Assembly: GCA_013289475.1 (NCBI GenBank)
Contig: JABCZW010000003.1
Span: 17,845 to 81,844 of the forward strand
Reading direction: 5' to 3'
Length of the DNA: 64,000 nt
Source: Bacteroidota bacterium
GTDB lineage: Bacteria; Bacteroidota; Bacteroidia; JABEUT01
The stretch's first letter is position 1; every line of letters starts with the position of its first letter. The notes under the pieces are model-generated. The model saw only the letters and a program-made list of their open reading frames with translations, made no database searches and was not told where the DNA came from. Position numbers and translations under genes: made by a program. Shown in pieces: positions 30,910 to 41,982 of this stretch.

Positions 30910-31329
30910 TATATTTGTAAGCCCTAAGGGATTAAGTAAAAGTTCTATGGAAAATCTGCGTAATCTGTGGCAAAAACAACCGACAAAAACCGACACTTGT
31001 ACATCTACTGATGGGGGTACCAAAAGGTAACACTTTTTGGGCATTTTAAAAATGTAAATGGTTAATTATCAAGGCATTAAATAAAACCAAGAAGCAAAAA
31101 GTGTCACCCCATTTAAGCATCTGATTATCAATAACAAATCAAAATAAGGGGTAAATACAAAAATCGCTTAAAATATCATATTATTTCCGCCAAAACCGAC
31201 ACTTAGCAATTAAAACTGAGACTGCCACATCCCATATTTGATAGGAGATGGGATTCGCAGTGACGGTGCTTCGTTCAATGACTTACCCCTTATCCCTTAC
31301 GACTTTTCTAATGATTTTCATTACTTTTG
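30910..31329 (+). promoter_or_regulatory. long AT-rich non-coding leader/regulatory region with two -7-like motifs (TATATTTG at 30910-30917; TACTTTTG at 31322-31329), direct repeats AAAACCGACACTT (30985-30997 and 31193-31205), an inverted repeat ACACTTTTTGG / CAAAAAGTGT (31029-31040 and 31097-31107) and a hairpin ATCCCAT-N12-ATGGGAT (31229-31254)
   Basis: All elements are read directly from the sequence. The tract 30777-31349 has no ORF of 60 aa or more. Confidence 0.4.
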
Positions 31330-31349
31330 CACACCTATAAAAAAGACGA

Positions 31350-31937
31350 GTGAGTAATACAGCTAATATAACCATCCACCCCAGCGCTATTGTAGACGAA
31401 GGCTGCAAAATTGGCGAAGGAACCAAAGTGTGGCACTTCAGCCATATAATGCCCGATTGCGTTATTGGAAAAAACTGCAACATAGGGCAGAACGTAGTGG
31501 TATCTCCTGGTGTTGTATTGGGCAATAATGTTAAGATTCAAAATAACGTATCGATATATACAGGAGTTATTTGCGAAGATGATGTTTTCCTGGGACCATC
31601 AATGGTATTTACCAATGTGGTTAACCCACGCAGTGCCATTAACCGCAGGGGGCAATACGCTAAAACAACGGTAAAAAAAGGTGCTACTATCGGTGCCAAC
31701 TCAACCATAGTTTGCGGGCATGATATTGGCGAGTTTGCATTCATTGGCGCCGGTGCTGTAGTAACTAAGCATATTAAACCTTATGCATTGGTAGTAGGCA
31801 ACCCTGCCAAACAAATAGGCTGGATGAGCGAATATGGTCACCGCCTGAGTTTTGATAAGAACGGTATTGCAGAATGCCCTGAAAGCAAAGAAAAATACAA
31901 ATTGGAAAACGGAGAAGTACATAAAATAAAAGCATAA
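31350..31937 (+). CDS. hexapeptide-repeat N-acetyltransferase, WbpD/WlbB-like (UDP-2-acetamido-3-amino-2,3-dideoxy-D-glucuronate N-acetyltransferase)
   Basis: GTG start. It has left-handed beta-helix hexapeptide repeats, and ...[19 protein letters not shown] resembles the WbpD/WlbB tail. Confidence 0.7.
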   Translation: MSNTANITIHPSAIVDEGCKIGEGTKVWHFSHIMPDCVIGKNCNIGQNVVVSPGVVLGNNVKIQNNVSIYTGVICEDDVFLGPSMVFTNVVNPRSAINRRGQYAKTTVKKGATIGANSTIVCGHDIGEFAFIGAGAVVTKHIKPYALVVGNPAKQIGWMSEYGHRLSFDKNGIAECPESKEKYKLENGEVHKIKA

Positions 31938-32959
31938 TGAGCGGCAACAAAATAAAGTTCGGGGTAATAGGATGCGGCCACATTGGCAAGCGCCATGCTG
32001 AAATGATCACCAGAAACGAAGATTGTGAACTTGTTGCCCTTTGCGATGTATTACCTAAAGAAAAACTTGGCCTCGATGCATATCCTAATGTTCCATTCTT
32101 TCCTTCGGTAGAAGCTATGCTTTCATCAGGTATTGATATGGATGTGGTTTCGGTTTGCAGCCCTAACGGCTTGCATGCTACCCATGCATTGAATGTATTG
32201 GAAGCGAAGAAACATGTGGTTTGTGAAAAACCTATGGCACTTAAAAAATCAGATTGCGAAGAGGTGATACATAAATCGATGCAGGTGCACCGCCAGGTAT
32301 TTTGTGTAATGCAAAACCGTTACTCTCCACCAGCAGAATGGTTGAAGGAATTGATAGAGTCGAAAAAACTGGGCGATATATATATGGTTCAGCTCAACTG
32401 CTACTGGAACCGTGATGAGCGCTATTATAAGGCAGGAACATGGAAGGGCAAAAAAGATATGGATGGTGGAGTATTGTTCACACAGTTCTCTCACTTTATA
32501 GATATGATGTATTGGCTCTTTGGCGATATAGATAAAGTAAAAGCGCACTTCTTCAACTTTAACCATCAGAAGAATACAGAGTTTGATGATAGTGGTGTAG
32601 TGAGTTTCCATTTCACAAAACAGGGAATGGGTTGCATTAACTTCTCTACCTCGGTATGGGATACCAATTTTGAAAGCAGCTTGACTATTATTGGACAAAA
32701 CGGAACTGTAAAAGTAGGTGGCCAATACATGGACAAGATAGAGTATTGCCACATTAAGGACTATAATATGCCAACATTAGCTCCAACCAATCCTGCCAAT
32801 GATTATGGTTCATACAAAGGCTCTGCGGCTAACCATCATTATATTATTGAAAACGTAGTAAAAACGTTGAAAGGAGATTCATCGGTTACTACCAATGCCC
32901 TTGAAGGAATGAAGGTGGTAGATATGATTGAAAGGATATACGCCGCCAAAAAAAAATAA
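31937..32959 (+). CDS. Gfo/Idh/MocA-family oxidoreductase, WbpB/WlbA-like (UDP-GlcNAcA 3-dehydrogenase)
   Basis: N-terminus KFGVIGCGHIGKRHAEMI is a Rossmann fold. Overlapping start and stop with the flanking genes indicate an operon. Confidence 0.75.
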   Translation: MSGNKIKFGVIGCGHIGKRHAEMITRNEDCELVALCDVLPKEKLGLDAYPNVPFFPSVEAMLSSGIDMDVVSVCSPNGLHATHALNVLEAKKHVVCEKPMALKKSDCEEVIHKSMQVHRQVFCVMQNRYSPPAEWLKELIESKKLGDIYMVQLNCYWNRDERYYKAGTWKGKKDMDGGVLFTQFSHFIDMMYWLFGDIDKVKAHFFNFNHQKNTEFDDSGVVSFHFTKQGMGCINFSTSVWDTNFESSLTIIGQNGTVKVGGQYMDKIEYCHIKDYNMPTLAPTNPANDYGSYKGSAANHHYIIENVVKTLKGDSSVTTNALEGMKVVDMIERIYAAKKK

Positions 32960-32962
32960 AAA

Positions 32963-34252
32963 ATGCAACAAGAGATTCTTAACAAAAAAGCGAAGATTGC
33001 CCTTATCGGCTTAGGCTATGTGGGCCTGCCCATTGCACTCGCTTTTGCACGTAAAGTAAAAGTAATTGGTTTCGATATTAACGCGAAGAGGGTTGATATG
33101 ATGAAACATGGCATTGACCCGAGTGGTGAACTGCCTAAAAGCGATTTTGAAGGCTGCGATATTGAGTTTACTGATTCATTGGAAGTATTGAAACAGGCAT
33201 CCTTCTTTATTGTTGCAGTACCTACCCCAATAGATAATTCAAACAAGCCCGACCTTACACCTGTTATTAAAGCCAGCGAAAGCATTGGTAAAGTAATTAA
33301 GAAAGGTGACTATGTTGTTTATGAATCGACCGTTTACCCGGGCTGTACCGAAGAAGACTGTGTACCTATAATAGAAAAGCTTTCCGGCCTGAAAATGGGC
33401 AAGGACTTTAAAGTAGGTTATTCTCCTGAGCGTATTAACCCGGGAGATAAGGAACATACTATTACCAAGATCTTAAAAATAGTATCGGGTTGCGATAAGG
33501 AAGCGCTTGATACCATTGCTGATGTATATTCTATTATTGTTGAGCCGGGAGTGCACAAAGCTCCATCAATCAAAGTTGCTGAAGCAGCTAAAATTATTGA
33601 GAACACCCAGCGCGACGTGAACATTGCACTGATGAATGAGCTGTCTATCATCTTTAATCGTATGGATATAAATACATACGATGTATTAGCAGCAGCAGGC
33701 ACCAAATGGAATTTCTTAAATTTCTCACCGGGACTTGTAGGCGGCCACTGTATAGGCGTTGACCCATACTATCTCATACACAAAGCTGAAGCTTTGGGTT
33801 ACCATACACACGTTATTAATTCGGGGCGTTATGTAAATGACTCGATGGGGTTTTATGTCGCCAAGAATGCAGTAAAGAAAATAATTGCAACCGGTAAAGA
33901 CATATCAAAAGCCAAGGTATTGGTAATGGGCGCTACATTTAAAGAAAATGTAATGGATATACGCAACTCGCGTATTGCAGATGTAGTAAAGGAATTGAAA
34001 TCTTTTTCACTGACAGTAGATGTTACAGACCCCCTTGCTGATTCAGAAGAACTGAAAGAAGAATATGGTTTTGAATTAGTGAAAGAAGTGGGTAAAAACT
34101 ACGATGCGGTAATTATTGCTGTAAATCACAAACAATACACCGCACTAAACGAAGATTACTTTGCATCTATACTAACCTCTCAGGGTGTAGTAGTTGATGT
34201 TAAAGGCATATACAGAAACAAGATTCACAAATTTGCTTACTGGAGTTTATAA
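32963..34252 (+). CDS. nucleotide-sugar dehydrogenase, WbpA/WecC-like (UDP-N-acetyl-D-glucosamine/mannosamine 6-dehydrogenase)
   Basis: 429 aa with KIALIGLGYVGLPIALAF and a catalytic region GGHCIGVDPYYL. Confidence 0.85.
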   Translation: MQQEILNKKAKIALIGLGYVGLPIALAFARKVKVIGFDINAKRVDMMKHGIDPSGELPKSDFEGCDIEFTDSLEVLKQASFFIVAVPTPIDNSNKPDLTPVIKASESIGKVIKKGDYVVYESTVYPGCTEEDCVPIIEKLSGLKMGKDFKVGYSPERINPGDKEHTITKILKIVSGCDKEALDTIADVYSIIVEPGVHKAPSIKVAEAAKIIENTQRDVNIALMNELSIIFNRMDINTYDVLAAAGTKWNFLNFSPGLVGGHCIGVDPYYLIHKAEALGYHTHVINSGRYVNDSMGFYVAKNAVKKIIATGKDISKAKVLVMGATFKENVMDIRNSRIADVVKELKSFSLTVDVTDPLADSEELKEEYGFELVKEVGKNYDAVIIAVNHKQYTALNEDYFASILTSQGVVVDVKGIYRNKIHKFAYWSL

Positions 34253-34255
34253 AAA

Positions 34256-35320
34256 ATGAAACGCGATTTTAAAACCATACTTATTACGGGCGGTGCAGGC
34301 TTTATCGGCTCGCATGTTGTAAGGAGATTTGTCAATAATTATCCCGACAGCAAAATCATTAACCTCGATAAGCTTACGTATGCAGGCAACCTGCAAAACC
34401 TTACCGATGTTGAGAATAAACCTAACTATACTTTTGTAAAAGGAGATATTACCGACAAGAACTTTATTGACGAGCTTTTTATTAAATATAATTTTGATGC
34501 AGTTGTCCACCTGGCTGCTGAATCACATGTGGACCGTTCGATTTCAAACCCAACTGAGTTTGCTATTACCAATGTTATAGGAACCATTAATATGTTAAAT
34601 GCTGCAAAAAAGAGCTGGGCAAATAGTATGGAAGGCAAGCTTTTCTATCACATATCTACAGATGAAGTTTTTGGTTCACTGGGCGCAACAGGGTTCTTTA
34701 CTGAAACGACCGCTTATGATCCGCGCAGCCCCTACTCTGCTTCTAAGGCCAGCTCCGACCATTTTGTAATGGCTTATTACCATACTTATAAATTACCGGT
34801 AGTAATATCAAACTGTTCAAATAATTATGGTTCGCACCATTTCCCTGAAAAGCTTATTCCGCTTGCTATACATAACATTAAGGACAATAAGCCGGTGCCT
34901 GTTTATGGCAAAGGCGAAAACATTCGCGACTGGCTATTTGTAGAAGACCATGCTTCAGCCATTGATGTAATTGTGTATAGAGGAACCATTGGCAACACTT
35001 ATAATATTGGCGGGCATAACGAATGGAAGAATATTGACCTTATCAATTTGCTCTGCAAAATCATGGATAAGAAACTGAACCGTGCAACTGGCACATCAGC
35101 AAAGCTTATAACCTTTGTAAAAGACCGCGCCGGCCACGATATGCGCTACGCTATTGATTCAACCAAGATTCAAAAAGAACTGGGCTGGAAACCTTCATTA
35201 CAATTTGAAGAAGGGCTTGAAAAAACAGTTGACTGGTACCTTGCCAATGAAGCCTGGTTAAACAATGTTACATCGGGTGACTACCAGAAATACTACGAGA
35301 AACAATACGTTCAGAGGTAA
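34256..35320 (+). CDS. rfbB: dTDP-glucose 4,6-dehydratase
   Basis: TILITGGAGFIGSH..., the YSASKASSDH catalytic YxxxK, and a 354-aa length. Confidence 0.9.
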   Translation: MKRDFKTILITGGAGFIGSHVVRRFVNNYPDSKIINLDKLTYAGNLQNLTDVENKPNYTFVKGDITDKNFIDELFIKYNFDAVVHLAAESHVDRSISNPTEFAITNVIGTINMLNAAKKSWANSMEGKLFYHISTDEVFGSLGATGFFTETTAYDPRSPYSASKASSDHFVMAYYHTYKLPVVISNCSNNYGSHHFPEKLIPLAIHNIKDNKPVPVYGKGENIRDWLFVEDHASAIDVIVYRGTIGNTYNIGGHNEWKNIDLINLLCKIMDKKLNRATGTSAKLITFVKDRAGHDMRYAIDSTKIQKELGWKPSLQFEEGLEKTVDWYLANEAWLNNVTSGDYQKYYEKQYVQR

Positions 35321-35328
35321 ATAAAAAA

Positions 35329-35354
35329 GCTTACCTATTCGAAAACAGGTAAGC
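35329..35354. terminator. putative bidirectional intrinsic terminator hairpin (GCTTACCT-N10-AGGTAAGC)
   Basis: A perfect 8-bp inverted repeat sits between convergent rfbB (+) and the PPIase gene (-), flanked by an A-run and a T-rich stretch. Confidence 0.5.
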
Positions 35355-35374
35355 CTTCTTAAAATATTAAACTA

Positions 35375-35809
35375 CTACTCAGTAATAATTATCTTATTAA
35401 TAACATCACCTGCAACTATCTGATCAATCACATCAAGGCCTTCAACCACTTTACCAAAGCAAGTATGCTTTCTGTCAAGATGTTTAGTGTTGGTACGGCT
35501 ATGGCAGATAAAGAATTGTGAGCCACCGGTATTAGGCCCTGCATGTGCCATGCTTAACACACCTCTGTCGTGGTATTGGTTATTGCCTGAAGTCTCGCAA
35601 CGTATTTGGTATCCCGGTCCCCCGGTACCAGTGCCTGTAGGGCAACCGCCTTGTATAACAAAGTCAGGTATAACCCTGTGGAACTTAAGTCCATCGTAAA
35701 AACCGGCCTTTGCAAGTTTCACAAAATTCTCTACTGTTCCCGGTGCATCCTGCTCGTAGAACTCTACTTTCATAGTGCCCTTTACTGTTTGAATCTCTGC
35801 TTTTTTCAT
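35375..35809 (-). CDS. ppiB: cyclophilin-type peptidyl-prolyl cis-trans isomerase
   Basis: 144 aa with ...[13 protein letters not shown]...GGPGY...[14 protein letters not shown]. Confidence 0.9.
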   Translation of the reverse strand: MKKAEIQTVKGTMKVEFYEQDAPGTVENFVKLAKAGFYDGLKFHRVIPDFVIQGGCPTGTGTGGPGYQIRCETSGNNQYHDRGVLSMAHAGPNTGGSQFFICHSRTNTKHLDRKHTCFGKVVEGLDVIDQIVAGDVINKIIITE

Positions 35810-35841
35810 TGTTCTTTGTTTATTAAAATTTTAAATATTGG

Positions 35842-36627
35842 TTATAAGCAACCCATCCTGCCACCATCCACGGGCATATTGGTACCATTGATGTATGAAG
35901 CTTCAGGCGAAGCAAGAAAAGCAACTGCATAAGCAATCTCCTCAGGCTTGGCAAAACGCCCCGCAGGTATCTTGCTCAGCATATCGGCTTTAACCTGTTC
36001 TTCGCTCTTGCCTGTCTTCTTTGATGTATTGGAAACTATATCGGTAATACGCGCTGTTTCAGTTGCTCCCGGCAATACGTTATTTACCGTTATACCAAAA
36101 AGGCCAAGTTCAAATGACATGGTCTTTGACCAGTTAGCCACCGCAGCACGTATAGTATTTGATACACCCAGGCCTTTTATTGGTTCCTTAACTGAAGTAG
36201 AAATAATATTAATAATGCGGCCATACCTGTTCTTCTTCATTCCAGGAATTACTAATTGGGTCAATAGGTGATTGCATATCAAATGCCTTTGGAATGTATT
36301 GATAAAGTCCTCAGGCTTGGCTTGTGTTATTTCTCCACCGCTAGGCCCTCCACTATTATTCACTAATATGTGGAACTCATTCCCACCTATAAGATACTTT
36401 TCTACACTGGCTTTTAACTCTTCGGGCTTATCAAAATTGGCAACTATATAATCGTGCTTTTGGCCTGCATTTGTTGCTAATTCTTTCAATGTTGTTTTAA
36501 GTGCATCTTCGTTGCGTGCAACCAGTGTAACACTTGCACCAAGGCTTGATAATTGCAATGCCGAGGCTTTACCTATACCCTGTGTACTGCCACACACCAA
36601 TGCTCTTTTACCTGTTAAGTTTAACAT
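35842..36627 (-). CDS. SDR-family oxidoreductase (3-oxoacyl-ACP reductase-like)
   Basis: ALVCGSTQGIGKA (TGxxxGIG) and NNSG; a catalytic YxxxK is expected but was not counted rigorously. Confidence 0.8.
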   Translation of the reverse strand: MLNLTGKRALVCGSTQGIGKASALQLSSLGASVTLVARNEDALKTTLKELATNAGQKHDYIVANFDKPEELKASVEKYLIGGNEFHILVNNSGGPSGGEITQAKPEDFINTFQRHLICNHLLTQLVIPGMKKNRYGRIINIISTSVKEPIKGLGVSNTIRAAVANWSKTMSFELGLFGITVNNVLPGATETARITDIVSNTSKKTGKSEEQVKADMLSKIPAGRFAKPEEIAYAVAFLASPEASYINGTNMPVDGGRMGCL

Positions 36628-36632
36628 GAATA

Positions 36633-37772
36633 TTATTCTAATGCTTGTTTCAAATCTGCAATAAGGTCGTCAGCATCTTCAATACCTACACTTAAACGGA
36701 TAAGTGAATCTACCACTCCAGTTTTTTCACGTTCTTCTTTAGGTATTGATGCATGTGTCATACTTGCAGGATGTCCACAAAGTGATTCTACACCACCTAA
36801 TGACTCGGCCAGTGAAAATATCTTGAACTTAGAAAGTACCTTGTGAGCTGCTTCCAGCTTATCTTCTTTTAATGTGAATGACATCATACCACCAAAGCCC
36901 CTCATTTGCTTTTTAGCAACATCGTGGTTAGGATGTGTAGGAAAACCAGGCCAGTAAATCTTGTTAACTTTAGGATGAGTCTTGAGATATTCCGCAACCT
37001 TTATTCCATTTTCGCAATGCCTGTCCATACGGATGTGAAGAGTTTTAGTTCCTCTCAACACCAGGAAACAATCGTGTGGTGAAGGTATTCCGCCGCAACT
37101 ATTCTGAATAAAGGCAAGCCTTTCTGCAAGCTTATCATCGTTGCAAACAATAGCCCCCATTACCACATCAGAGTGCCCGCCAAGGTATTTAGTTACTGAG
37201 TGAACAACTATATCAGCACCAAGATTCAATGGGTTTTGCAGGTAAGGAGAAGCAAAAGTATTATCAACACCGAGTAAAACATTGTTCTTTTTAGCTACTT
37301 CGGCAACCGCTTTAATATCAATAATATTAAGCATTGGGTTGGTAGGTGTTTCAACCCAAATAAGTTTGGTGTTCTTATTTACCAACTTCGCCACATCACT
37401 TGCATTTGCCATGGGTATAAAATGAAACTTAATACCATAGTTAGCGAATATCTTGGTAAAGAGTCTGTATGAACCACCGTACAGATCGTTAGTAGAAATG
37501 ACTTCATCACCAGGGCTAAGGAGCTTTATAATACAATCTTCTGCTGCCATACCACTGCTGAAACAAAGACCGTGTTTTCCATCCTCAAGTGCAGCAAGGT
37601 TCTGTTCTAATGCTTTACGGGTAGGGTTATGTGTGCGTGAATATTCATAACCTTTGTGCTTACCCGGTGCAGACTGAACATAAGTAGATGTTTGGTAAAT
37701 AGGAGTCATAATTGCTCCTGTTGTTGGGTCGGGCTCTTGCCCTGCATGTATAGCTTTAGTAGCGAATTTCAT
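36633..37772 (-). CDS. trans-sulfuration PLP enzyme (cystathionine gamma-synthase / beta-lyase / O-acylhomoserine sulfhydrylase family)
   Basis: 379 aa with the PLP-lysine region ...HSVTKYLGGHSDVVMGA... Confidence 0.85.
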   Translation of the reverse strand: MKFATKAIHAGQEPDPTTGAIMTPIYQTSTYVQSAPGKHKGYEYSRTHNPTRKALEQNLAALEDGKHGLCFSSGMAAEDCIIKLLSPGDEVISTNDLYGGSYRLFTKIFANYGIKFHFIPMANASDVAKLVNKNTKLIWVETPTNPMLNIIDIKAVAEVAKKNNVLLGVDNTFASPYLQNPLNLGADIVVHSVTKYLGGHSDVVMGAIVCNDDKLAERLAFIQNSCGGIPSPHDCFLVLRGTKTLHIRMDRHCENGIKVAEYLKTHPKVNKIYWPGFPTHPNHDVAKKQMRGFGGMMSFTLKEDKLEAAHKVLSKFKIFSLAESLGGVESLCGHPASMTHASIPKEEREKTGVVDSLIRLSVGIEDADDLIADLKQALE

Positions 37773-37902
37773 AATAGTAAATTAAGGGTAGCAAAGATAG
37801 GGTTATTCTTTAGTTTTTTAAGGGCTATATTTTTTAGTAAATACACACGAAAATCAATAAGTTTGTATCTTTAACGTTAATCTATTTACAAACGTATCAT
37901 TT

Positions 37903-38769
37903 ATGAAAGGAATTATACTTGCAGGTGGCTCTGGCACACGTTTACACCCACTTACACTCGCTACCAGTAAGCAGCTTATGCCTATCTATAATAAGCCCAT
38001 GATATACTACCCATTATCGGTACTTATGATGACGGGAATTAATGAGATACTTATCATATCTACACCACAGGATACTCCAAACTTTAAACGCTTGCTGGGA
38101 GATGGTAAAAGCCTGGGCTGCAGAATTGAATATGCGGTACAAGAAGTACCTAATGGTCTGGCACAAGCATTTGTAATAGGTGAAAAATTTATAGGAAAAG
38201 ATAAAGTAGCTCTTGTACTGGGTGATAACATATTTTATGGTACAGGACTAGGAAGACTGCTCCAGTCGAACCAAAACCCGGATGGCGGAATTGTATTTGC
38301 CTACCACGTATCGGACCCTGAACGCTACGGTGTTGTTGAATTTGATAAAGAAAATCACGTAATATCGATAGAGGAAAAACCTAAACAGCCCCGTTCTAAT
38401 TATGCTGTACCCGGCCTTTATTTTTATGATAACAGCGTGGTTGAAATTGCGAAAAATTTAAAACCAAGCGCCCGTGGTGAATATGAAATAACAGACGTAA
38501 ATAAAGAATACCTGAAGCAGGGAAAACTTAAAGTAAGTATACTGGAACGAGGCACTGCATGGTTCGATACAGGTACATTTGCATCACTAATGCAGGCTTC
38601 TCAATTTGTGCAAGTAATTGAAGAACGTCAGGGCATGAATATTGGCTGTATTGAAGAAGTTGCCTTCCGTATGGGCTTTATTAATAAGGAACAACTTAAG
38701 AAATTAGCCGAACCATTATTAAAAAGTGGCTATGGCAATTACCTTATGAATATTGTAAATGCTGCTTAA
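37903..38769 (+). CDS. rfbA: glucose-1-phosphate thymidylyltransferase
   Basis: [39 protein letters not shown]..., a canonical RmlA. Confidence 0.9.
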   Translation: MKGIILAGGSGTRLHPLTLATSKQLMPIYNKPMIYYPLSVLMMTGINEILIISTPQDTPNFKRLLGDGKSLGCRIEYAVQEVPNGLAQAFVIGEKFIGKDKVALVLGDNIFYGTGLGRLLQSNQNPDGGIVFAYHVSDPERYGVVEFDKENHVISIEEKPKQPRSNYAVPGLYFYDNSVVEIAKNLKPSARGEYEITDVNKEYLKQGKLKVSILERGTAWFDTGTFASLMQASQFVQVIEERQGMNIGCIEEVAFRMGFINKEQLKKLAEPLLKSGYGNYLMNIVNAA

Positions 38770-38777
38770 CAAGATAA

Positions 38778-41249
38778 ATGACGGGAAATAAAATTATAGT
38801 AAGGTGTTTTTGGGGAGCGATATTTTTCGTTTTGCCTGTTATTGCATTTACCCAAACTGTTATAACCGGAAAAATATACGACTCGCAAACCCGGGAGCCT
38901 ATGCCCTTTGTCAATGTATTGCTTAGAAATACAACAATAGGTGCATCGAGTGACTTTGAAGGTAATTATAAAATTGTGACCACTGCATCTTCCGATTCTA
39001 TTCTTGTATCTTACATCGGGTATAAGCATACCTCCAAGGCTATTAGGAATCACCAAACGCAAGAAATAAATATTTTTCTTGATCCTGAATCTACTTCATT
39101 GACTGAGGCTACTATTCACCCTGGCGAAAACCCTGCCTGGAAAATAATGCGGAAGGTAATGGAGCACAAAGAACATAATGACCCCAGTTATATTGAGGCT
39201 TACCAGTATGAGATATATAACAAACTCGAATTTGATCTGAACAATATTTCAAAATCTGCTGAGAACAAAAAAATACTCAAACCTGTCAATTTTGTCTTTA
39301 AAAACATTGACAGTAGCAATGTAAAAGAAAAACCATATCTGCCTGTATTTATATCCGAAGCTGTTTCTGATTACTATTACCGCAACAGTCCGAGGTTTAA
39401 AAAAGAAGTTATTAAGGCGACCAAGTTCTCGGGATTTAAGAACCAAAGTGTTGGACAGTTTACAGGAGATATGTACCAGAACGTTGACCTGTACAAAAAC
39501 ACTTTCCTCATTTTTGGTCAGGAATTTAATAGCCCTATTTCGTATAACTGGAATGTCTTTTATAAATACTACCTTATTGACAGTTTGAATCTTGATGGAC
39601 ACTGGTGTTATCAAATTCAGTTTAAGCCAAAGCACAAACAAGAGTTTGCCTTTTCAGGCAATATGTGGATTGCCGATAGCAGCTATGCACTGCAGCGATT
39701 AGAAATGACTATGCCAAGTGATGTGAATATCAACTTTGTACAAGCATTTAGTGTAATACAGGAGTATGTTGAGGTTGACAAAAAGTATTGGATGCAGAGC
39801 AAGAACAAACTGATTATAGATTTTGCACTTGACAAGAAGGGGACGGGTTTTTATGGCAGAAAGACAAGTCTCTATAAGAATTTCGTGCTTAACCAGCCTA
39901 AAGAAGATAAGTTTTATGATATAACTTCTAACATAGCAGTGGAAGATAGCGCTGAGAGCCGTTCAATTAAATATTGGGATTCGATACGACAAGAACCACT
40001 CTCAAAAAACGAAAAAAGCATTTACAAAATGGTTGATACAGTTCAATCATTGCCTATATACCACCATGCTTATAACGCAACCGTATTACTTCTTACAGGC
40101 TACCATACATATGGAAATTTTGACTTAGGACCTATAACTAACTTTTATAGTTATAATACCGTCGAAGGCTCAAGGCTAAAGTTTAGTGGACGAACCAGTG
40201 ATAAATTCAGTACATGGTATGAATTAAGCGGATACACCGCGTACGGTTTCCAGGATATGAAAATGAAATATGGCCTGGGTTTTAAAACTTTTATAACCAA
40301 AACTCCATGGCAGCAAATAGAGTTACATTATAGTGATGATTTGCAAATATTGGGCCGCTCTGATGATATATTCGGACGAGATAATATCCTCACCTCATTG
40401 CTTGCCCGTGCCCCGGTAAGTAATCTGACGCGTGTGCAGGAAACCCGATTTTCATATGATAGGGACATATTCACGGGACTTGAACTCAAACTATCATATA
40501 TAGATCGCATTTTCTCACCACTGCAAAATAACCAATACGAATTTCTTGGCGATTACGGGCAACATTTCACCAAGCCCAATATACATGCACCTGCCCTACA
40601 GCTTTATTTGAATTTTTCTTACGATGATAAATATATCGTGTACAGTATGAGCCGCAGTGATGTAGGAACAAGGTATCCAACCCTCATATTACAATATACT
40701 GCAGGGCTGCAAGGGATTTTCCAGGGAGATTATTTGTATCACAAAATAGTACTTGGCATTAGCGAAGTTTTGCACATTAATCCTTTTGGTGATACGCATT
40801 ATTATATTGAAGGTGGAAAGATATTTGGCACCGTTCCATACCCGCTTATGCAATTACATCCCGGTAACGAAACTTATGTATATGATGACAACTCGTATAA
40901 TATGATGAATTATTATGAGTTTGCGAGTGATGAGTATCTTGGATTAAATATTGAGCATCACTTCGAAGGCTATTTCTTTAATAAAATACCACTCTTCAGA
41001 AAACTGAAATGGAGAGAAGTTGCAGGCTGCAAATTATTGATAGGCTCTATCAACCCTAAAAATGAGCAATTGCTTGTTTTCCCTTCTACACTAAGAAGCC
41101 TGAACAGCGGGCCATATTCAGAAGCAGACCTTGGAGTTGAAAACATATTCAAGTTCGTACGCATTGATGCACTATGGCGGCTTTCATATCTTAATGACCC
41201 AAATATTTCACGATTTGCGATTATGGGAACCCTTCAACTTATATTTTAA
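38778..41249 (+). CDS. DUF5686 / carboxypeptidase-regulatory-like domain protein
   Basis: 823 aa with a signal sequence followed by [22 protein letters not shown]...GNY (CarboxypepD_reg-like). It is commonly found upstream of lptB in Bacteroidota. Confidence 0.65.
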   Translation: MTGNKIIVRCFWGAIFFVLPVIAFTQTVITGKIYDSQTREPMPFVNVLLRNTTIGASSDFEGNYKIVTTASSDSILVSYIGYKHTSKAIRNHQTQEINIFLDPESTSLTEATIHPGENPAWKIMRKVMEHKEHNDPSYIEAYQYEIYNKLEFDLNNISKSAENKKILKPVNFVFKNIDSSNVKEKPYLPVFISEAVSDYYYRNSPRFKKEVIKATKFSGFKNQSVGQFTGDMYQNVDLYKNTFLIFGQEFNSPISYNWNVFYKYYLIDSLNLDGHWCYQIQFKPKHKQEFAFSGNMWIADSSYALQRLEMTMPSDVNINFVQAFSVIQEYVEVDKKYWMQSKNKLIIDFALDKKGTGFYGRKTSLYKNFVLNQPKEDKFYDITSNIAVEDSAESRSIKYWDSIRQEPLSKNEKSIYKMVDTVQSLPIYHHAYNATVLLLTGYHTYGNFDLGPITNFYSYNTVEGSRLKFSGRTSDKFSTWYELSGYTAYGFQDMKMKYGLGFKTFITKTPWQQIELHYSDDLQILGRSDDIFGRDNILTSLLARAPVSNLTRVQETRFSYDRDIFTGLELKLSYIDRIFSPLQNNQYEFLGDYGQHFTKPNIHAPALQLYLNFSYDDKYIVYSMSRSDVGTRYPTLILQYTAGLQGIFQGDYLYHKIVLGISEVLHINPFGDTHYYIEGGKIFGTVPYPLMQLHPGNETYVYDDNSYNMMNYYEFASDEYLGLNIEHHFEGYFFNKIPLFRKLKWREVAGCKLLIGSINPKNEQLLVFPSTLRSLNSGPYSEADLGVENIFKFVRIDALWRLSYLNDPNISRFAIMGTLQLIF

Positions 41250-41251
41250 CT

Positions 41252-41980
41252 ATGATTTTACGCACAACCCAGCTTATAAAAAAATACAAACGACGCACTG
41301 TTGTAAATAAGGTTTCTATTGAGGTTAGCCGGGGTGAAATTGTTGGATTACTTGGCCCTAATGGTGCCGGAAAAACCACATCATTTTATATGATAGTAGG
41401 ATTGGTAAAACCCAATGAAGGAGAAATTTTTCTTGATAACGCTGATATTACTAATGAGCCCATGTATAAAAGGGCTAAAAGAGGAATAACATACCTGCCA
41501 CAGGAAGCATCAATTTTCCGCAAACTGAGCGTACAAGACAACCTAAAGCTGGTGCTTGAAATGACGGGATTGAGTAAAGAAAAACAAAAAGAAAAACTCG
41601 AAAACCTCTTGGATGAATTCGGGCTGCAACACATACGTGATTCAAGGGGAGATGTGTTATCAGGCGGTGAGCGCAGAAGAACGGAAATAGCACGTTGCCT
41701 TGCCGTTGACCCAAGCTTTATATTACTGGATGAGCCTTTTGCCGGGATTGACCCAATTGCAGTTGAAGACATTCAAAAAATTATTGCTCAACTGAAAAAG
41801 AAAGATATAGGCATACTAATTACCGACCACAACGTACACGAAACGCTTTCCATAACTGACAGGGCATATCTTCTATACGAAGGAAGAATACTAAAAGCTG
41901 GTTCCGCATCTCAGCTGGCCGATGACCCTGAAGCACGTAAATTGTATTTAGGAGAAAACTTTGAGCTGAGGCAGCACTAA
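41252..41980 (+). CDS. lptB: LPS export ABC transporter ATP-binding protein
   Basis: 242 aa with GPNGAGKTT and [15 protein letters not shown]. Confidence 0.9.
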   Translation: MILRTTQLIKKYKRRTVVNKVSIEVSRGEIVGLLGPNGAGKTTSFYMIVGLVKPNEGEIFLDNADITNEPMYKRAKRGITYLPQEASIFRKLSVQDNLKLVLEMTGLSKEKQKEKLENLLDEFGLQHIRDSRGDVLSGGERRRTEIARCLAVDPSFILLDEPFAGIDPIAVEDIQKIIAQLKKKDIGILITDHNVHETLSITDRAYLLYEGRILKAGSASQLADDPEARKLYLGENFELRQH

Positions 41981-41982
41981 AA

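Noticed and set aside
30777-31349. Possibility that the long intergenic region encodes RNase P RNA, tmRNA, SRP RNA or a known riboswitch
   Set aside because: I could find no conserved core motifs of these RNAs (e.g. RNase P GGAAAGUCCGG...AGGGUGAAA, the tmRNA tag ORF, SRP AGCAGCCA...GGAAG) by eye.
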